From an uncultured Gammaproteobacteria bacterium (GTDB lineage Bacteria > Pseudomonadota > Gammaproteobacteria > Steroidobacterales > Woeseiaceae), in contig CAVOQR010000006.1 of NCBI GenBank assembly GCA_963698425.1, positions 129,355 through 193,354 of the forward strand: a stretch of 64,000 nucleotides of DNA. The letters run 5' to 3'. The notes beneath the pieces were generated by a model. It did no database searches, was not told the DNA's origin, and saw only the letters and a program-made list of their open reading frames with translations. A program made the position numbers and the translations under genes. Shown in pieces: positions 1 to 12,205 of the stretch (its first letter is position 1; each line of letters starts with the position of its first letter).

Positions 1-1374
1 ATGACGGATTCAACAAGCAGCATGAGCTGCAAAAGCGGCGTCTACTTCAGCGCATCGAGCTACGGCAAGGACGCATTGGCGCCGGCGATTTTTGGCTGGC
101 GTGCGCGCTCGATGGACGACGCAGAACTTGAGCAAGCGATTGGCCAGTACCCGCTGAGTGACGATGATCGCGCGGCGACGTTCCGCATGGTTACTTCAGA
201 ACGCGACTACCTGGCCGGCGACGCCAGGGAAACCAAGATTGGTCGCCTGCGAAAAATGAGTTATCGCGACTACCTGCTGCAACATGTCGGCGTTCCGGAA
301 AGCGTCTACCTGTTGCTGCGCGACTCAATCAGGGGTTTGTGGGGGGTCGGTTGGGATGCGTTGTCCGCGCTCGAAGCCTACCGCATGGGCATGCCCGCCA
401 TGTCTGGCCTGGGAATTGGCGAATTGCCGCCAACCGGTCACGGTCTCGACGAGCCCTATATCTTCCATTTTCCCGACGGCAACGCCGGCGTCGCGCGCGC
501 GCTGGTGCGCATGCTCATTCCGGAGGCCGTGCCGGGAAGCTCGATGGAAGACCTCGTGACCGCGCGGGTCGACTACCAGCAACTCGATTCAAGGCTCTTG
601 AAGACGAGGATTCGTCTCAACAGCACAGCCGTCGACGTGCGCCACACGGCAGATCAGCAGCATGTCGACGTTACCTATATCCAGAACGGCCAGGCGCAAC
701 GTGTCAGGGCCCGGCACGCGATCTGGGCCGGCTACAACGCCATGCTGCCGCACGTCTGTGCCGAGGTGCCAGCAGAGCAGCAGGAGGCAATCAGTTACGC
801 CAGCAAGGTACCGCTGGTGTACATCAGCATTGCGGTGCGCAACTGGCGCGCGTTTGCCAATCTTGGCCTCAGCAGCGTGATGATCCCGCAGCCCGAGCTG
901 ATGCACTCCTTCGGCCTCGATTTTCCTGTGAGCATGGGCGACTACCAGTTTGCCAGCAGCCCCGATGAACCGACTGTGCTGCACGGCACTTATGTGCCGA
1001 CCGTGCCCGACCAGGGTTTGTCGGCGCGTGAGCAACACACGGCCGGGCGCAGGATTCTGTTTGAAAAGACCTACGCGGAAATGGAAGCCGCTATCATTCG
1101 ACAGCTGCAGGGCGCACTCGCGCCCGGCGGATTCGACGCCGCCAGGGATATTGCGGGCATTACGATCAATCGCTGGCCGCATGGTTACGCGTATGAATAC
1201 AACGATCTCAACGATCCTGAAGGATTCAGTCCGGAAAACGGTCCGCACGTTGCGGGCCGGGCGCAAATAGGGCGCATCTCCATTGCGAACTCCGACGCCT
1301 CAGCGTTTGCCTATGTGAACGGCGCATTCGACGCCGCGGAACGGGCAGTAAAGGAACAATTGAAAACCAGTTAA
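1..1374 (+). CDS. FAD/NAD(P)-binding amine oxidoreductase, spermidine dehydrogenase (SpdH)-like; N-terminus probably lies upstream of the window
   Basis: 457-aa ORF open from base 1. Segments such as HFPDGNAGVARALVRML, INRWPHGYAYEYN and ANSDASAFAYVNGAFDAA recall SpdH-type flavoproteins, which are about 600 aa. Assignment is from memory only. Confidence 0.5.
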   Translation: MTDSTSSMSCKSGVYFSASSYGKDALAPAIFGWRARSMDDAELEQAIGQYPLSDDDRAATFRMVTSERDYLAGDARETKIGRLRKMSYRDYLLQHVGVPESVYLLLRDSIRGLWGVGWDALSALEAYRMGMPAMSGLGIGELPPTGHGLDEPYIFHFPDGNAGVARALVRMLIPEAVPGSSMEDLVTARVDYQQLDSRLLKTRIRLNSTAVDVRHTADQQHVDVTYIQNGQAQRVRARHAIWAGYNAMLPHVCAEVPAEQQEAISYASKVPLVYISIAVRNWRAFANLGLSSVMIPQPELMHSFGLDFPVSMGDYQFASSPDEPTVLHGTYVPTVPDQGLSAREQHTAGRRILFEKTYAEMEAAIIRQLQGALAPGGFDAARDIAGITINRWPHGYAYEYNDLNDPEGFSPENGPHVAGRAQIGRISIANSDASAFAYVNGAFDAAERAVKEQLKTS

Positions 1375-1542
1375 ATCCACCACGACATTCAGAATTCAGC
1401 ACGAGGGATACGATGAAGAAGCTAACTGCACTACTGGTCCTGGGCGTACTCGCAATGCACGTTGCGGTCACAGGGAGTAACGCGGACGATGCCGCTGCGG
1501 TTCATCCGGCCAAGATGAGTCAAGTCGGATATTGACGGTGGC

Positions 1543-1872
1543 ATGTTCGAGCGGGAAGACACGCTCGAGACGACGCGCAATGGCAATACAACCCTCGATG
1601 TTACGTCGTTGCTGAGCAGCGACAAGAAATTTGCCTCCGGCCTGTACAAGTCCGGTAAATCCTATTTTGAAATTACCGAGCCGTATGGTGTCGATGAGTT
1701 CATGTATTTCGTCAAAGGTGGCGTCACGCTGACGTCTTCGGACGGCAGCAAAATGGTCATCAATGCGGGCGACGCCGTGACCATTCCGAAGGAGTGGACC
1801 GGCACCTGGGACACCGACGGCTACACCAAGATCTGGGTTATTTACTCTGAAGATGGATCGGGGCTCGAATAA
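1543..1872 (+). CDS. Cupin_3 (DUF861) domain protein; possibly the frameshifted remainder of a secreted precursor that starts at 1413
   Basis: 109-aa ORF with a cupin barrel signature (VDEFMYFVKGGVTLTSSDGSKMVINAGDAVTIPKEWTGTWDT). A 40-codon ORF at 1413-1535 encodes only a Sec-type signal peptide and stops 7 nt upstream, one frame away. Confidence 0.6.
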   Translation: MFEREDTLETTRNGNTTLDVTSLLSSDKKFASGLYKSGKSYFEITEPYGVDEFMYFVKGGVTLTSSDGSKMVINAGDAVTIPKEWTGTWDTDGYTKIWVIYSEDGSGLE

Positions 1873-3587
1873 ATGAACAAGACTACATATCTGCTGGTGT
1901 GCGTCGCGCTGGGCCTTGCTGCCTGCGGTGGCAAGCAGGCCAACCCGGGCGTCGATGCTGTTTTTCTCAATGCCAATGTCTACACCGTCAACGCGGCTCA
2001 ACCGAGCGCCGAGGCGGTGGCCATTGATGATGGCGCAATTGTCTACGTAGGCGACAATGCCGGCGCAGAGGCGCTGATCGGCGACGACACCACGCAGCAC
2101 GACCTGGCTGGCCAGCTGTTGCTGCCGGGCTTCATTGATACGCATGTGCACCCGCGTGATGGGTGGCGCGTACGCCAAGGCGCTGGCGCTGGACACCTTC
2201 GGCACCGTTGATGACTGGGTCGCCGCGATAGACGCGTATGCGAAAGCCAATCCGGATCAGGACGTCCTGTTTGGCTATGGTTTTCTCGCATCAACTTTCG
2301 GTCCGGTCGGGCCGACGCGCCAGCTGATCGATGACCTTGTTCCGGACCGACCTGTATTGCTTATGGACGAGGGGTTTCACGGCGCGTGGGCAAATACCGC
2401 TGCGCTCAAAGCACTGAATATTACCCAGGACACCGCTGATCCTGTTCCCGGTTACAGTTACTACAAGCGCGATGCGAACGGTGACGCGACCGGCTACCTG
2501 CTGGAGGGGACTGCGGGCATGGCAATGGATGAGCTGGACGTGATTAACGATGATGTTATCGCCGAGGGCACGGGCGTCATCATCGACATCATGAACAGTT
2601 ATGGCGTGACCGCCGCGTTCGATGCGGGTGGCCGTGCCGACCCCGAGTGGACCAAGACAATGCTTGATCGCCTGAATGCGTCGGGTGACCTGACGCTGCG
2701 ACTGAGTGGGTTCTGTGCGCGCGACCGCGAAGAACACGTCGGAAGAAACGGTCGCGATTGCAGCGCGCTGGAAGGACTACGTTAAAGGCGACAACTATCG
2801 CTATGACACGCTCAAGATTCCCGACGATGGCACCGTGGAAGGACGCACGGCGGCGATGTTCGAGGACTACCAGGGCGAGCCCGGCAACAGCGGTGAGACG
2901 GTATTCACCGAACAGCAAATGATCGAGATGATCGGCGGCGTGGCCAGCAAGAACATTGACGTGCATATCCACGCGCTTGGCGAGCGGGCCATTCACGAGA
3001 CGCTCAACGCCATCGAAGCGGCGCGTGAGAGCTACCCTGACACCGACAGTCGCTTCACGATCTGCCATCTGCAGGTGATCATCGACCAGGACGTGCCGCG
3101 TTTTGGTGAGCTCGATGTGATGGCACAAAGCACGCCGCTGTGGGCGTCGTATGACAACTACGGCGAGCAGTTTGTCAGCGAGGACCAGTTCAATCGCTAC
3201 TGGCGTTACAAAGGCCTCGAAGAGGGCGGTGCCAAGCTGACGTTTGGCAGTGACTTCCCGGCCAGCGGTGCCGGCACGCTCGGCCTGTCGCCCGTGGTGC
3301 AGATCGAGATTGGCCACACGCGACAGAATGCCGGCGACCCGGACGCGCGCGTGCAGCCGGCTGAAGCAGAACGCATCAGCGTCGAGAGCCTGGTGAAGGG
3401 CTTTACGATTGATGCGGCTTACCAGTTGCGCATGGAAGACGAGATCGGTTCGATCGAGGTCGGCAAGCGGGCAGACCTGGTGGTTCTCGATCAGGATATT
3501 TTCAGCATCGACCCGTACAGCATTCACAAGACGAAAGTCATGATGACGCTGCTCGATGGCAACGTGATCTACGCAGACGCGACCTGA
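1873..3587 (+). pseudogene. Amidohydrolase-family (Amidohydro_3-like) metal-dependent hydrolase lipoprotein, interrupted by two +1 frameshifts
   Basis: ORFs 1873-2211 (frame 1), 2135-2785 (frame 2) and 2706-3587 (frame 3) read as one protein of about 570 aa. It has a lipobox LGLAACGG and the metal motif PGFIDTHVHP. The sequence continues as (V)MGGAYAKAL after a shift near 2155, and DLTLRLSG continues as SVRATAKN after a shift near 2710. The C-terminal GKRADLVVLDQDIF is typical of the family. Confidence 0.75.
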
Positions 3588-3608
3588 AGCAGACGCTGCA
3601 GGCAGAGC

Positions 3609-3640
3609 AAAAAAAGGGCGCCGTAAGGCGCCCTTTTTTT
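3609..3640. terminator. Bidirectional intrinsic terminator between convergent genes
   Basis: A7 run, GGGCGCC stem (3616-3622), GTAA loop, GGCGCCC stem (3627-3633), then a T7 run. It lies between the amidohydrolase stop (3587) and the hppA stop (3661). Confidence 0.75.
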
Positions 3641-3660
3641 GCATCCGTTGGGTGTCGCTC

Positions 3661-5805
<2,145 letters not shown>

Positions 5806-6013
5806 ATTGATTGTTACTCCGTCATTGTAGTTCGGCGGGAGAGGACTCGACACACATGGCTGCAAGCTGCGATGTGCTACCCCTTAGCCCTGACTTTGTT
5901 TTATTGAGATCGAACGAAGCCCGCCACATCAGCTCGTCGGCCGACATAAGGCTTTGTTCTATATTGAATTTTCCCCAAAAAGGATTGTTATTCCCGGTTC
6001 AACCGGGCGCGCA

Positions 6014-7277
6014 TCATACCACAAATTTGCTCTTCAGCTTAGGCCTGACGGGTGCTCCCTTGAGCGTCACGTAGCGCGGCAGTCCGTTTGCGTATGGCGG
6101 GTAGTCCTCGCCCTTGATGAGCGGCTCCAGGTAGCGGCGTGCGGCCGCCGTGATGCCGAAGCCGTCACTTCTTATGTAACGTTTCGGCAGCATCTTTTCC
6201 TTGTTGGCGACCTTCGCCAAGCGGCGCTGACTCGATCTTCCAGCGATAGGGCTTGTCTGACACGCGCTTGATGACCGGCAACACGGCCGTTTTGCCCTGC
6301 AGTGCAAACTTCACGGCCGCTTCGCCGACGGCGTAGGCCTGCTTCACGTCGGTCGCCGAGGCGATATGCCGGGCCGAGCGCTGCAGGTAATCCGCAATGG
6401 CGTAGTGGTACTTGTAACCGAGTTTCGAGCGCACCATGTCGGCGACTACCGATGCCGCGCCGCCGAGCTGCGCATGGCCGAATGCGTCGCGGGTGCCGGC
6501 TTCGGCCAGGAACTTGCCGTTGGGCCATGCGGCCCCTTCGCTGACAACAACGACACAATAGTCGTGCTTCTGCACGCACTCCTTGACGCGCTTCAGGAAG
6601 GCACCCTGCTTAAACGGCACCTCGGGGAACAAGATAATGTGCGGCGGCTCGTCCGCGCCGTTGCCCGCGAGACCGCCAGCGGCTGCAATCCAGCCGGCAT
6701 GCCGGCCCATGACTTCGAGAATAAACACTTTCGTCGAGGTCTTGGCCATCGACAGGACATCCAGCGCGGCTTCCTGGGTGGAGACGGCGACGTACTTGGC
6801 AACCGAGCCGAAACCCGGGCAGGTGTCGGTGATGGGCAGGTCGTTGTCGACCGTCTTGGGTATGCCAAGGCAGGTCACGGGGTAGCCCATGATCTTGCTG
6901 ATCTGCGACACCTTGTGCGCCGTATCCATGGAATCGTTACCGCCGTTGTAGAAGAAGTAGCCGATATCGTGGGCCCGGAATACCTCGATCAGGCGTTCGT
7001 ACTCTGCACGGTTTTCCTCGAGGCCCTTGAGCTTGTAGCGCGCCGAGCCGAAGGCGCCACCCGGTGTGTGGCGCAGTGCCGCGATGGTGCGTGCGGATTC
7101 CTTGTTGGTATCGATCATGTCTTCGGTGAGTGCGCCGATGATGCCGTTACGCCCCGCGTACACGTTCTTGATCTCGTTGCGGTGTTTCCTGGCGGTCTCA
7201 ATGACACCGCAGGCGCTGGCATTGATGACGGCGGTGACACCGCCGGATTGGGCATAAAAGGCGTTCTTTGCAGACAT
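6014..7277 (-). pseudogene. pfp: Pyrophosphate-dependent 6-phosphofructokinase with a +1 frameshift near its 3' end
   Basis: ORF 6165-7328 (likely start MSAKNAFYAQSGGVTAVINA at 7277) carries GGNDS, PKTVDNDL and MGRHAGW. After ...RWKIESAPL the conserved tail AKVANKEKMLPKRYIRSDGFGITAAARRYLEPLIKGEDYPPY... continues in the overlapping ORF 6014-6307. The extra base is in cttGGcg, near 6217 on the plus strand. Confidence 0.8.
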
Positions 7278-7434
7278 GTTTCGAATTCTCCGGATTGGCT
7301 GACGTTTACGAGGCTGCGAGGATAGCACTGATTGACCTCACACCTCATTGCCGGTAGCGTACTTCGCCTTCGTCAGGCCGCCCAGGTGGTCCTGTAAGAG
7401 CGGGCACTGGCCCGCGAGCATTTGAGAGAGTGAT

Positions 7435-8073
7435 ATGCGTATTGTTTTGCTAGGCGCCCCCGGCTCCGGAAAGGGCACACAGGCCAAGAAACTCATGGCC
7501 GCAAAGAACATTCCGCAGGTGTCTACAGGAGACATGCTGCGCGCTGCCGTAGCTGCTGGTACCCGCTTCGGGCAGAAAGCGAAATCGATCATGGAGTCCG
7601 GCAACCTGGTTCCCGACGATGTCGTGCTTGGCATCATCAGTGAGCGCCTGGCTGAGCCCGATGCGGCTGACGGTTTCATTCTGGACGGTTTTCCGCGCAC
7701 CACCCAGCAGGCACTCGACCTGACGGAGTTGCTGGACCAGATGGGCACGCCGCTGGACGCTGCCATGCTCATGGATGTCGATTTCGACATTCTGATGAAG
7801 CGCCTGACTGGCCGCCGCACCTGTTCGCTGACCGGCAAACTTCTGAATATCCACTTCTCGCCGCAGGAGGAGCTCGATCGCTGCATCGAGATGGGCGGCG
7901 AGCTTGAGCATCGTGAAGACGACAATGAAGAGACGATTGGCAACCGCTTGTCAGTTTATCGCGAGCAAACAGAGCCGCTGATCGACTTCTACAGGAAGCG
8001 CGACCTGCTGAAGACGGTCGATGCAACCGGGACTATCGACGAAGTTTACGAGCGCCTGCTGGCAGCCCTGTAA
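7435..8073 (+). CDS. adk: Adenylate kinase
   Basis: 212 aa. P-loop GAPGSGKGTQ and a zinc-less LID region. The full-length match to the Adk family is obvious. Confidence 0.95.
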   Translation: MRIVLLGAPGSGKGTQAKKLMAAKNIPQVSTGDMLRAAVAAGTRFGQKAKSIMESGNLVPDDVVLGIISERLAEPDAADGFILDGFPRTTQQALDLTELLDQMGTPLDAAMLMDVDFDILMKRLTGRRTCSLTGKLLNIHFSPQEELDRCIEMGGELEHREDDNEETIGNRLSVYREQTEPLIDFYRKRDLLKTVDATGTIDEVYERLLAAL

Positions 8074-8094
8074 CAGCGGCCACGAGGCTCGCGC

Positions 8095-9166
8095 CTACAG
8101 CAACCTGGCGAGATCGTTGCCGATCACGTCGTTGCGCCAGCCCGAAAACACCTTTGCGCCTGCACCACCGGAATCGATGACGGCGAGCAGATCCTTTCTC
8201 GACGCGAGGGTCTCGGGCGCAAGTTGCAGTTCGTTTGCGGCTTTGGCAACCAGTGCCTGCATTTGCTTCAGTAACGCTTTCTGCGCCTCGTCGGGAATGG
8301 CCGGCGGTTTGTAGTCGTTGCCGTTGTCTTCTGACGTGATCAGTGCAAGCAGCTCGTTGCCTGCACGCTGCTTGAGCTTTGGCGACATACCTTCAATCTG
8401 GCCCAGCTCGTCGATGCTGGCAGGTCGCCTGTTGGCCGAGCTCCATCAGCAGGGTGTCACGGGCAATCCATTGCCGCGGCCGATCGGTTCTGATCGCCTC
8501 ATTCTCGCGCCACGCTGCGAGGCGTTCCGCAGCCGTCCGCGCCGCGCCGCGGAGATTGCGCGCACCTTTTAGCCGGGTGATCGATTGAGCGGCATCCATG
8601 GCATACAGCGCCGGATCCAGCAGCGCCGCCGAGTCCTGCTCGGCCCATTCAAGACGTCCTTTGCGATCGAGGTTTTCGCTCAATAGCTCACAGGCGGGCA
8701 GCAGGTACTCCACGTCCTCGGCCGCGTATTGCAACCAGGCATCGGGCAGCGGGCGCCGCGTCCAGTCGGCACGCGTATGCGACTTGGCCATATCCACATC
8801 GAACAGCTCCTTGCACAGATTGGCGTAGCCAAGCTGTGGCGTCATGCCAAGCAGGCTGGCGGCGACCTGCGTATCGAAGATTCTGGCCGGCATGCGACCG
8901 GCTGCCTGCGACACGACCTCGAGATCCTGGCGCGCTGAATGCAGCACCCAGGTCTTGTCCAGCGTACGGTCCCAAAAAGACTGCCAGTCGCTGCCATCCA
9001 GCGGGTCTGCGAAATAAATCTCCGCGCTCGTCGACAGTTGCACCAGGCAAAGCTGCGCGAAGAACGTCTTTTCTCTCATGAATTCTGTATCGACGCCGAT
9101 AAGCTCCTCGGCGTCGAGGTCGTCAGGGAGATTCTCGCCAGGGTTGACGAATTTAATGTCGGTCAT
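8095..9166 (-). pseudogene. rnd: Ribonuclease D with a +1 frameshift
   Basis: ORF 8393-9232 (likely start MTDIKFV at 9166) has the DEDD exonuclease motifs (IGVDTEFMRE, HSARQDLE, YAAEDVEYL). After ...ARDTLLMEL the reading ANRRPASIDELGQIEGMSPKLKQRAG... (HRDC region) continues in ORF 8095-8388. The extra base is in ctcGGcc, near 8436. Confidence 0.8.
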
Positions 9167-9210
9167 AGAAAAGGGCAGGTCAGAAGTTCGGTTATTCAGA
9201 TTAACATGCG

Positions 9211-9726
9211 ATGATTGCGGGCGTGTGGCCATTACTCAAGACACTGCTGGATATCATCGCACTCAGGAAAGGTCCTGACGCGATCCCCTATTCGTGGGGT
9301 CTGACCGGTGTCGTAGTCATTCTCTGGCTGACGGTGAGTTTTGTCGTTGTGCTGATCAACGGAGGTGGCGACGAGGGCTCGTTCCTGCGTGGCATGTTGC
9401 TGTCGTCGATCGCGCTGATCATATACTCGGTCATTGTGATTCTGATGCGCAGGCAGCAACGCTTGCTGCAAACGCTGACCGCCGTGCTCGGCTGCGGCAC
9501 CGTCATCAGCGCATTGTATGCTGCGGACGTTGTATTGTTGACGCCGCTGCTCGGCGAGATGGGGGCATCGTTGCTGGCGCTGCTCATCGTCTTCTGGTCG
9601 GTGCCGGTCGAGGGACATATCATTGCGCGGGCGATTGACCGCTCCTGGTATCTCGGTATCGTTATCGCGACCCTCGTGTTTTCACTACAACTCTACGTTC
9701 AATTTTCGATATTTCAGCAAAGCTGA
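9211..9726 (+). CDS. Hypothetical inner-membrane protein (4-5 predicted TM helices)
   Basis: 171-aa hydrophobic ORF that fills the rnd-mpl gap. No family recognised. Confidence 0.4.
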   Translation: MIAGVWPLLKTLLDIIALRKGPDAIPYSWGLTGVVVILWLTVSFVVVLINGGGDEGSFLRGMLLSSIALIIYSVIVILMRRQQRLLQTLTAVLGCGTVISALYAADVVLLTPLLGEMGASLLALLIVFWSVPVEGHIIARAIDRSWYLGIVIATLVFSLQLYVQFSIFQQS

Positions 9727-9732
9727 GACAAC

Positions 9733-11115
9733 ATGCACATACACATACTTGGGATTTGCGGCACTTTTATGGGCGGCGTGGCCGCACTGGCCAGAGCAGC
9801 GGGCCACAAGGTCAGCGGTTGCGACGGCAACGTCTATCCGCCTATGAGCACGCAGTTGCGGGAACTCGGCATCGAGATCCACGAAGGCTTTGACGCCGCC
9901 CAGCTCGATATCCAGCCCGACTGTGTGGTCGTCGGCAACATCATGAGTCGCGGTTTCGAGGTTGTTGAAGCGATGCTCGATCGTGGCATTCCGTATACAT
10001 CCGGCCCGCAATGGCTCGCAGAGCACGTGTTGCAAAAACAGCACGTACTGGCGGTCGCAGGCACGCACGGCAAGACGACCTCGGCGAGCATGCTGGCGTG
10101 GATTCTGCACGACGCAGGACTCGAACCCGGCTTTTTGATTGGCGGCATTCCTGCCAACTTCGGCGTCTCTGCGCGCTTCGGTGGTTCGAAGTATTTCGTT
10201 GTCGAGGCCGATGAGTACGACACCGCGTTTTTCGACAAGCGGGCGAAGTTCGTGCACTACCGACCGCGTACGGTCGTGCTCAATAATCTGGAATTCGATC
10301 ACGCCGATATCTACAAGGATCTCGACGCGATCAAGTGGCAGTTCCACCAGCTGCTGCGCATGGTGCCCGGCAGCGGCAAAATCATTTGCAATGGCTCGGA
10401 CGCCAATCTGCCGTCGTTACTGCAGCAAGGCTGCTGGACGCCGCTCGAATACTTCAGTTGTGGCGACAAGACCGGCACGGGCGACGGCTGGCAGGCGCGT
10501 TTCGTCAACTCCAACCAGCGCCGCATCAGCGTGACCAGCCCCGCTGGCAAAACCGCAGAGAGCAGCTGGCAGATGGGCGGGCAACACAATCTGGAAAATG
10601 CGCTGGCGGCGATTGCGGCCGCGTGTGATGTCGGTGTGGCATTCGAAGATGCGGTTGACTCGATGGCCCGCTTCGATGGCGTCAAGCGGCGTATGGAGCG
10701 CACAGCGACGGTCGCCAATATTGCGATCTACGATGACTTCGCGCATCACCCGACCGCAATTCGGCGCTCGATTGATGCGATGAAAAAACGTTATCCAGGG
10801 CATCGTGTCGTCATCGCGATCGAGCCGCGTTCGAACACGATGAAAATGGGTGTGCACAAAGATGCGCTGGCCGATTCGCTCGCTGCTGCGGACGTTATCT
10901 GGATGTACCGACCTGAGGATGTCGGTGCCGAGTTCGAGGAATCTCTCAGGCCGCTGGGCGACAAGCTGCGCTTGCACAACGACTATGACAAGCTCGTCAA
11001 CGACATGTCAGTCAAGGTGCTGTCCGGCGACCAGGTGATCTTCATGAGTAACGGCGGATTCGGCGGCGCGCGGCAGACGCTGACAGCCGTTTTGCAACGC
11101 ACACGCGGTGCCTGA
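9733..11115 (+). CDS. mpl: UDP-N-acetylmuramate:L-alanyl-gamma-D-glutamyl-meso-diaminopimelate ligase (murein peptide ligase)
   Basis: 460 aa. Begins MHIHILGICGTFMGG, has the Mur-ligase P-loop GTHGKTT, and DDFAHHPTAI near the C-terminus. Confidence 0.9.
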   Translation: MHIHILGICGTFMGGVAALARAAGHKVSGCDGNVYPPMSTQLRELGIEIHEGFDAAQLDIQPDCVVVGNIMSRGFEVVEAMLDRGIPYTSGPQWLAEHVLQKQHVLAVAGTHGKTTSASMLAWILHDAGLEPGFLIGGIPANFGVSARFGGSKYFVVEADEYDTAFFDKRAKFVHYRPRTVVLNNLEFDHADIYKDLDAIKWQFHQLLRMVPGSGKIICNGSDANLPSLLQQGCWTPLEYFSCGDKTGTGDGWQARFVNSNQRRISVTSPAGKTAESSWQMGGQHNLENALAAIAAACDVGVAFEDAVDSMARFDGVKRRMERTATVANIAIYDDFAHHPTAIRRSIDAMKKRYPGHRVVIAIEPRSNTMKMGVHKDALADSLAAADVIWMYRPEDVGAEFEESLRPLGDKLRLHNDYDKLVNDMSVKVLSGDQVIFMSNGGFGGARQTLTAVLQRTRGA

Positions 11116-11131
11116 CACGGGAGCGGCAATA

Positions 11132-11710
11132 GTGAAGGTACCGATTTTCCCTCTGAACACCGTGCTCTTCCCGGGCGGACCACTGCCGCTGCGGATATTT
11201 GAGTCGCGCTACATCGACATGATCAGCGAACGCATGAAAGCCGAGGCGCCGTTCGGCGTGGTACTCATCAGGGAAGGCCTGGAAGCCGGCCCGTCGAGCA
11301 CCTTTGAGACCGGCACGCTGGCGCGGATCACCGACTGGTACCAGGGCAGTGACGGTTTGCTTGGCGTTACTGCGATCGGCGAGCAGCGCTTCCGGCTCTT
11401 GGCCAGCGAGCGACAGCCGGATGGCCTCAATGTCGGAGAGGTCGAGTTGCTGCCCGACGAGCCCGCCATCGAACTGCCGGACCAGTACCAGTTCCTGACC
11501 GAGATCCTCGGCGCCGTCATGGACGATCTCGGCAAGCTGTACGAACCACTGCAGCGCGACATGCAGAATGCCGTGTGGCTGGGCTATCGCTTCATGGAAG
11601 TCGTGCCGATTGATCTTGAGCAGAAACAGGAGAGTCTCGAGAGCAATGACACGCTGGCCCGATTGGACATAATTTCGAAATTGATTACGACAGCCCGCGC
11701 CAACCCATAA
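11132..11710 (+). CDS. LON N-terminal (substrate-binding) domain protein
   Basis: VKVPIFPLNTVLFPGGPLPLRIFESRYIDMI is the typical LON-domain start. I prefer the GTG at 11132 (GGGAG 8 nt upstream) over the track start at 11108. Confidence 0.7.
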   Translation: MKVPIFPLNTVLFPGGPLPLRIFESRYIDMISERMKAEAPFGVVLIREGLEAGPSSTFETGTLARITDWYQGSDGLLGVTAIGEQRFRLLASERQPDGLNVGEVELLPDEPAIELPDQYQFLTEILGAVMDDLGKLYEPLQRDMQNAVWLGYRFMEVVPIDLEQKQESLESNDTLARLDIISKLITTARANP

Positions 11711-11725
11711 TATACTCGGAGCTTC

Positions 11726-12130
11726 ATGCTGCGTATAAGAACTAAAAAAAGCGTTGCGTTCCTGGTGGTGCTCACCACGCTGGCCATGCGTGCCGCTATT
11801 CCCGAGGGCTTCATGCCGTCGGCGCTCGGTTCGGGCCTGCTGTATGAATTGTGTCCAAGCGCAGTGCCGGCCGAGGTCATGCAGGTCCTGCGTGCCAACA
11901 AGGGCCATGCCGGGCACCATGCGCACCACCACCAGACAGATCACTCGCAACACTCGCAGCATGACGGTAATCAGTGCGAGATAGGCCACCTGCTGGCGTC
12001 GGCCGTGGCGGTCGACATGAGCTGGCAGGCGCAACTGCCGCCGCCGGTGGTTGTGTACGCCGTGCCAGCCGCAATTCCCTACAACAGCGCAACCCGGACG
12101 TCGTACGCATCCCGCGACCCGCCCGCCTGA
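11726..12130 (+). CDS. Small exported His-rich protein, DUF2946-like
   Basis: 134 aa with an N-terminal signal or anchor. It has 9 His in residues 61-79 (GHAGHHAHHHQTDHSQHSQH) and two Cys (C43, C84). It lies directly upstream of a TonB-dependent receptor, as DUF2946 genes usually do. Confidence 0.45.
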   Translation: MLRIRTKKSVAFLVVLTTLAMRAAIPEGFMPSALGSGLLYELCPSAVPAEVMQVLRANKGHAGHHAHHHQTDHSQHSQHDGNQCEIGHLLASAVAVDMSWQAQLPPPVVVYAVPAAIPYNSATRTSYASRDPPA

Positions 12131-12205
12131 CGCACACACCAATCAATCTGTATTAGTCGCGCGGCCCAGGGCCGTGGCGATCGTGTGCTTGTCAGGAGAT
12201 TACCA

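Noticed and set aside
2589-3644. 351-aa ORF antisense to the amidohydrolase gene
   Set aside because: It is Arg/Ala/His-rich and low in complexity, with no recognisable family. It fully overlaps a strand with a clear conserved protein. This is the usual shadow ORF of GC-rich DNA.
5993-6007. Hairpin CCCGGTT-C-AACCGGG just after the pfp stop, as a possible terminator separating pfp from hppA
   Set aside because: The loop is effectively 1-3 nt, and no U-run follows on the transcribed (minus) strand. It is not a convincing intrinsic terminator, so co-transcription remains open.
6366-7325. 319-aa ORF antisense to pfp. Similar long antisense ORFs occur at 11042-12142, 16324-17136, 26400-27467, 28433-29365 and 55012-55860.
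   Set aside because: Each lies opposite a confidently identified conserved gene and has an Arg/Gly/Ala-biased composition with no family resemblance. I treat all of them as non-coding shadows.
7408-7423. Sigma-54-like TGGCCC-N5 element upstream of adk
   Set aside because: The -12 position reads CATTT instead of TTGC(A/T), so there is no GC at the right spacing.
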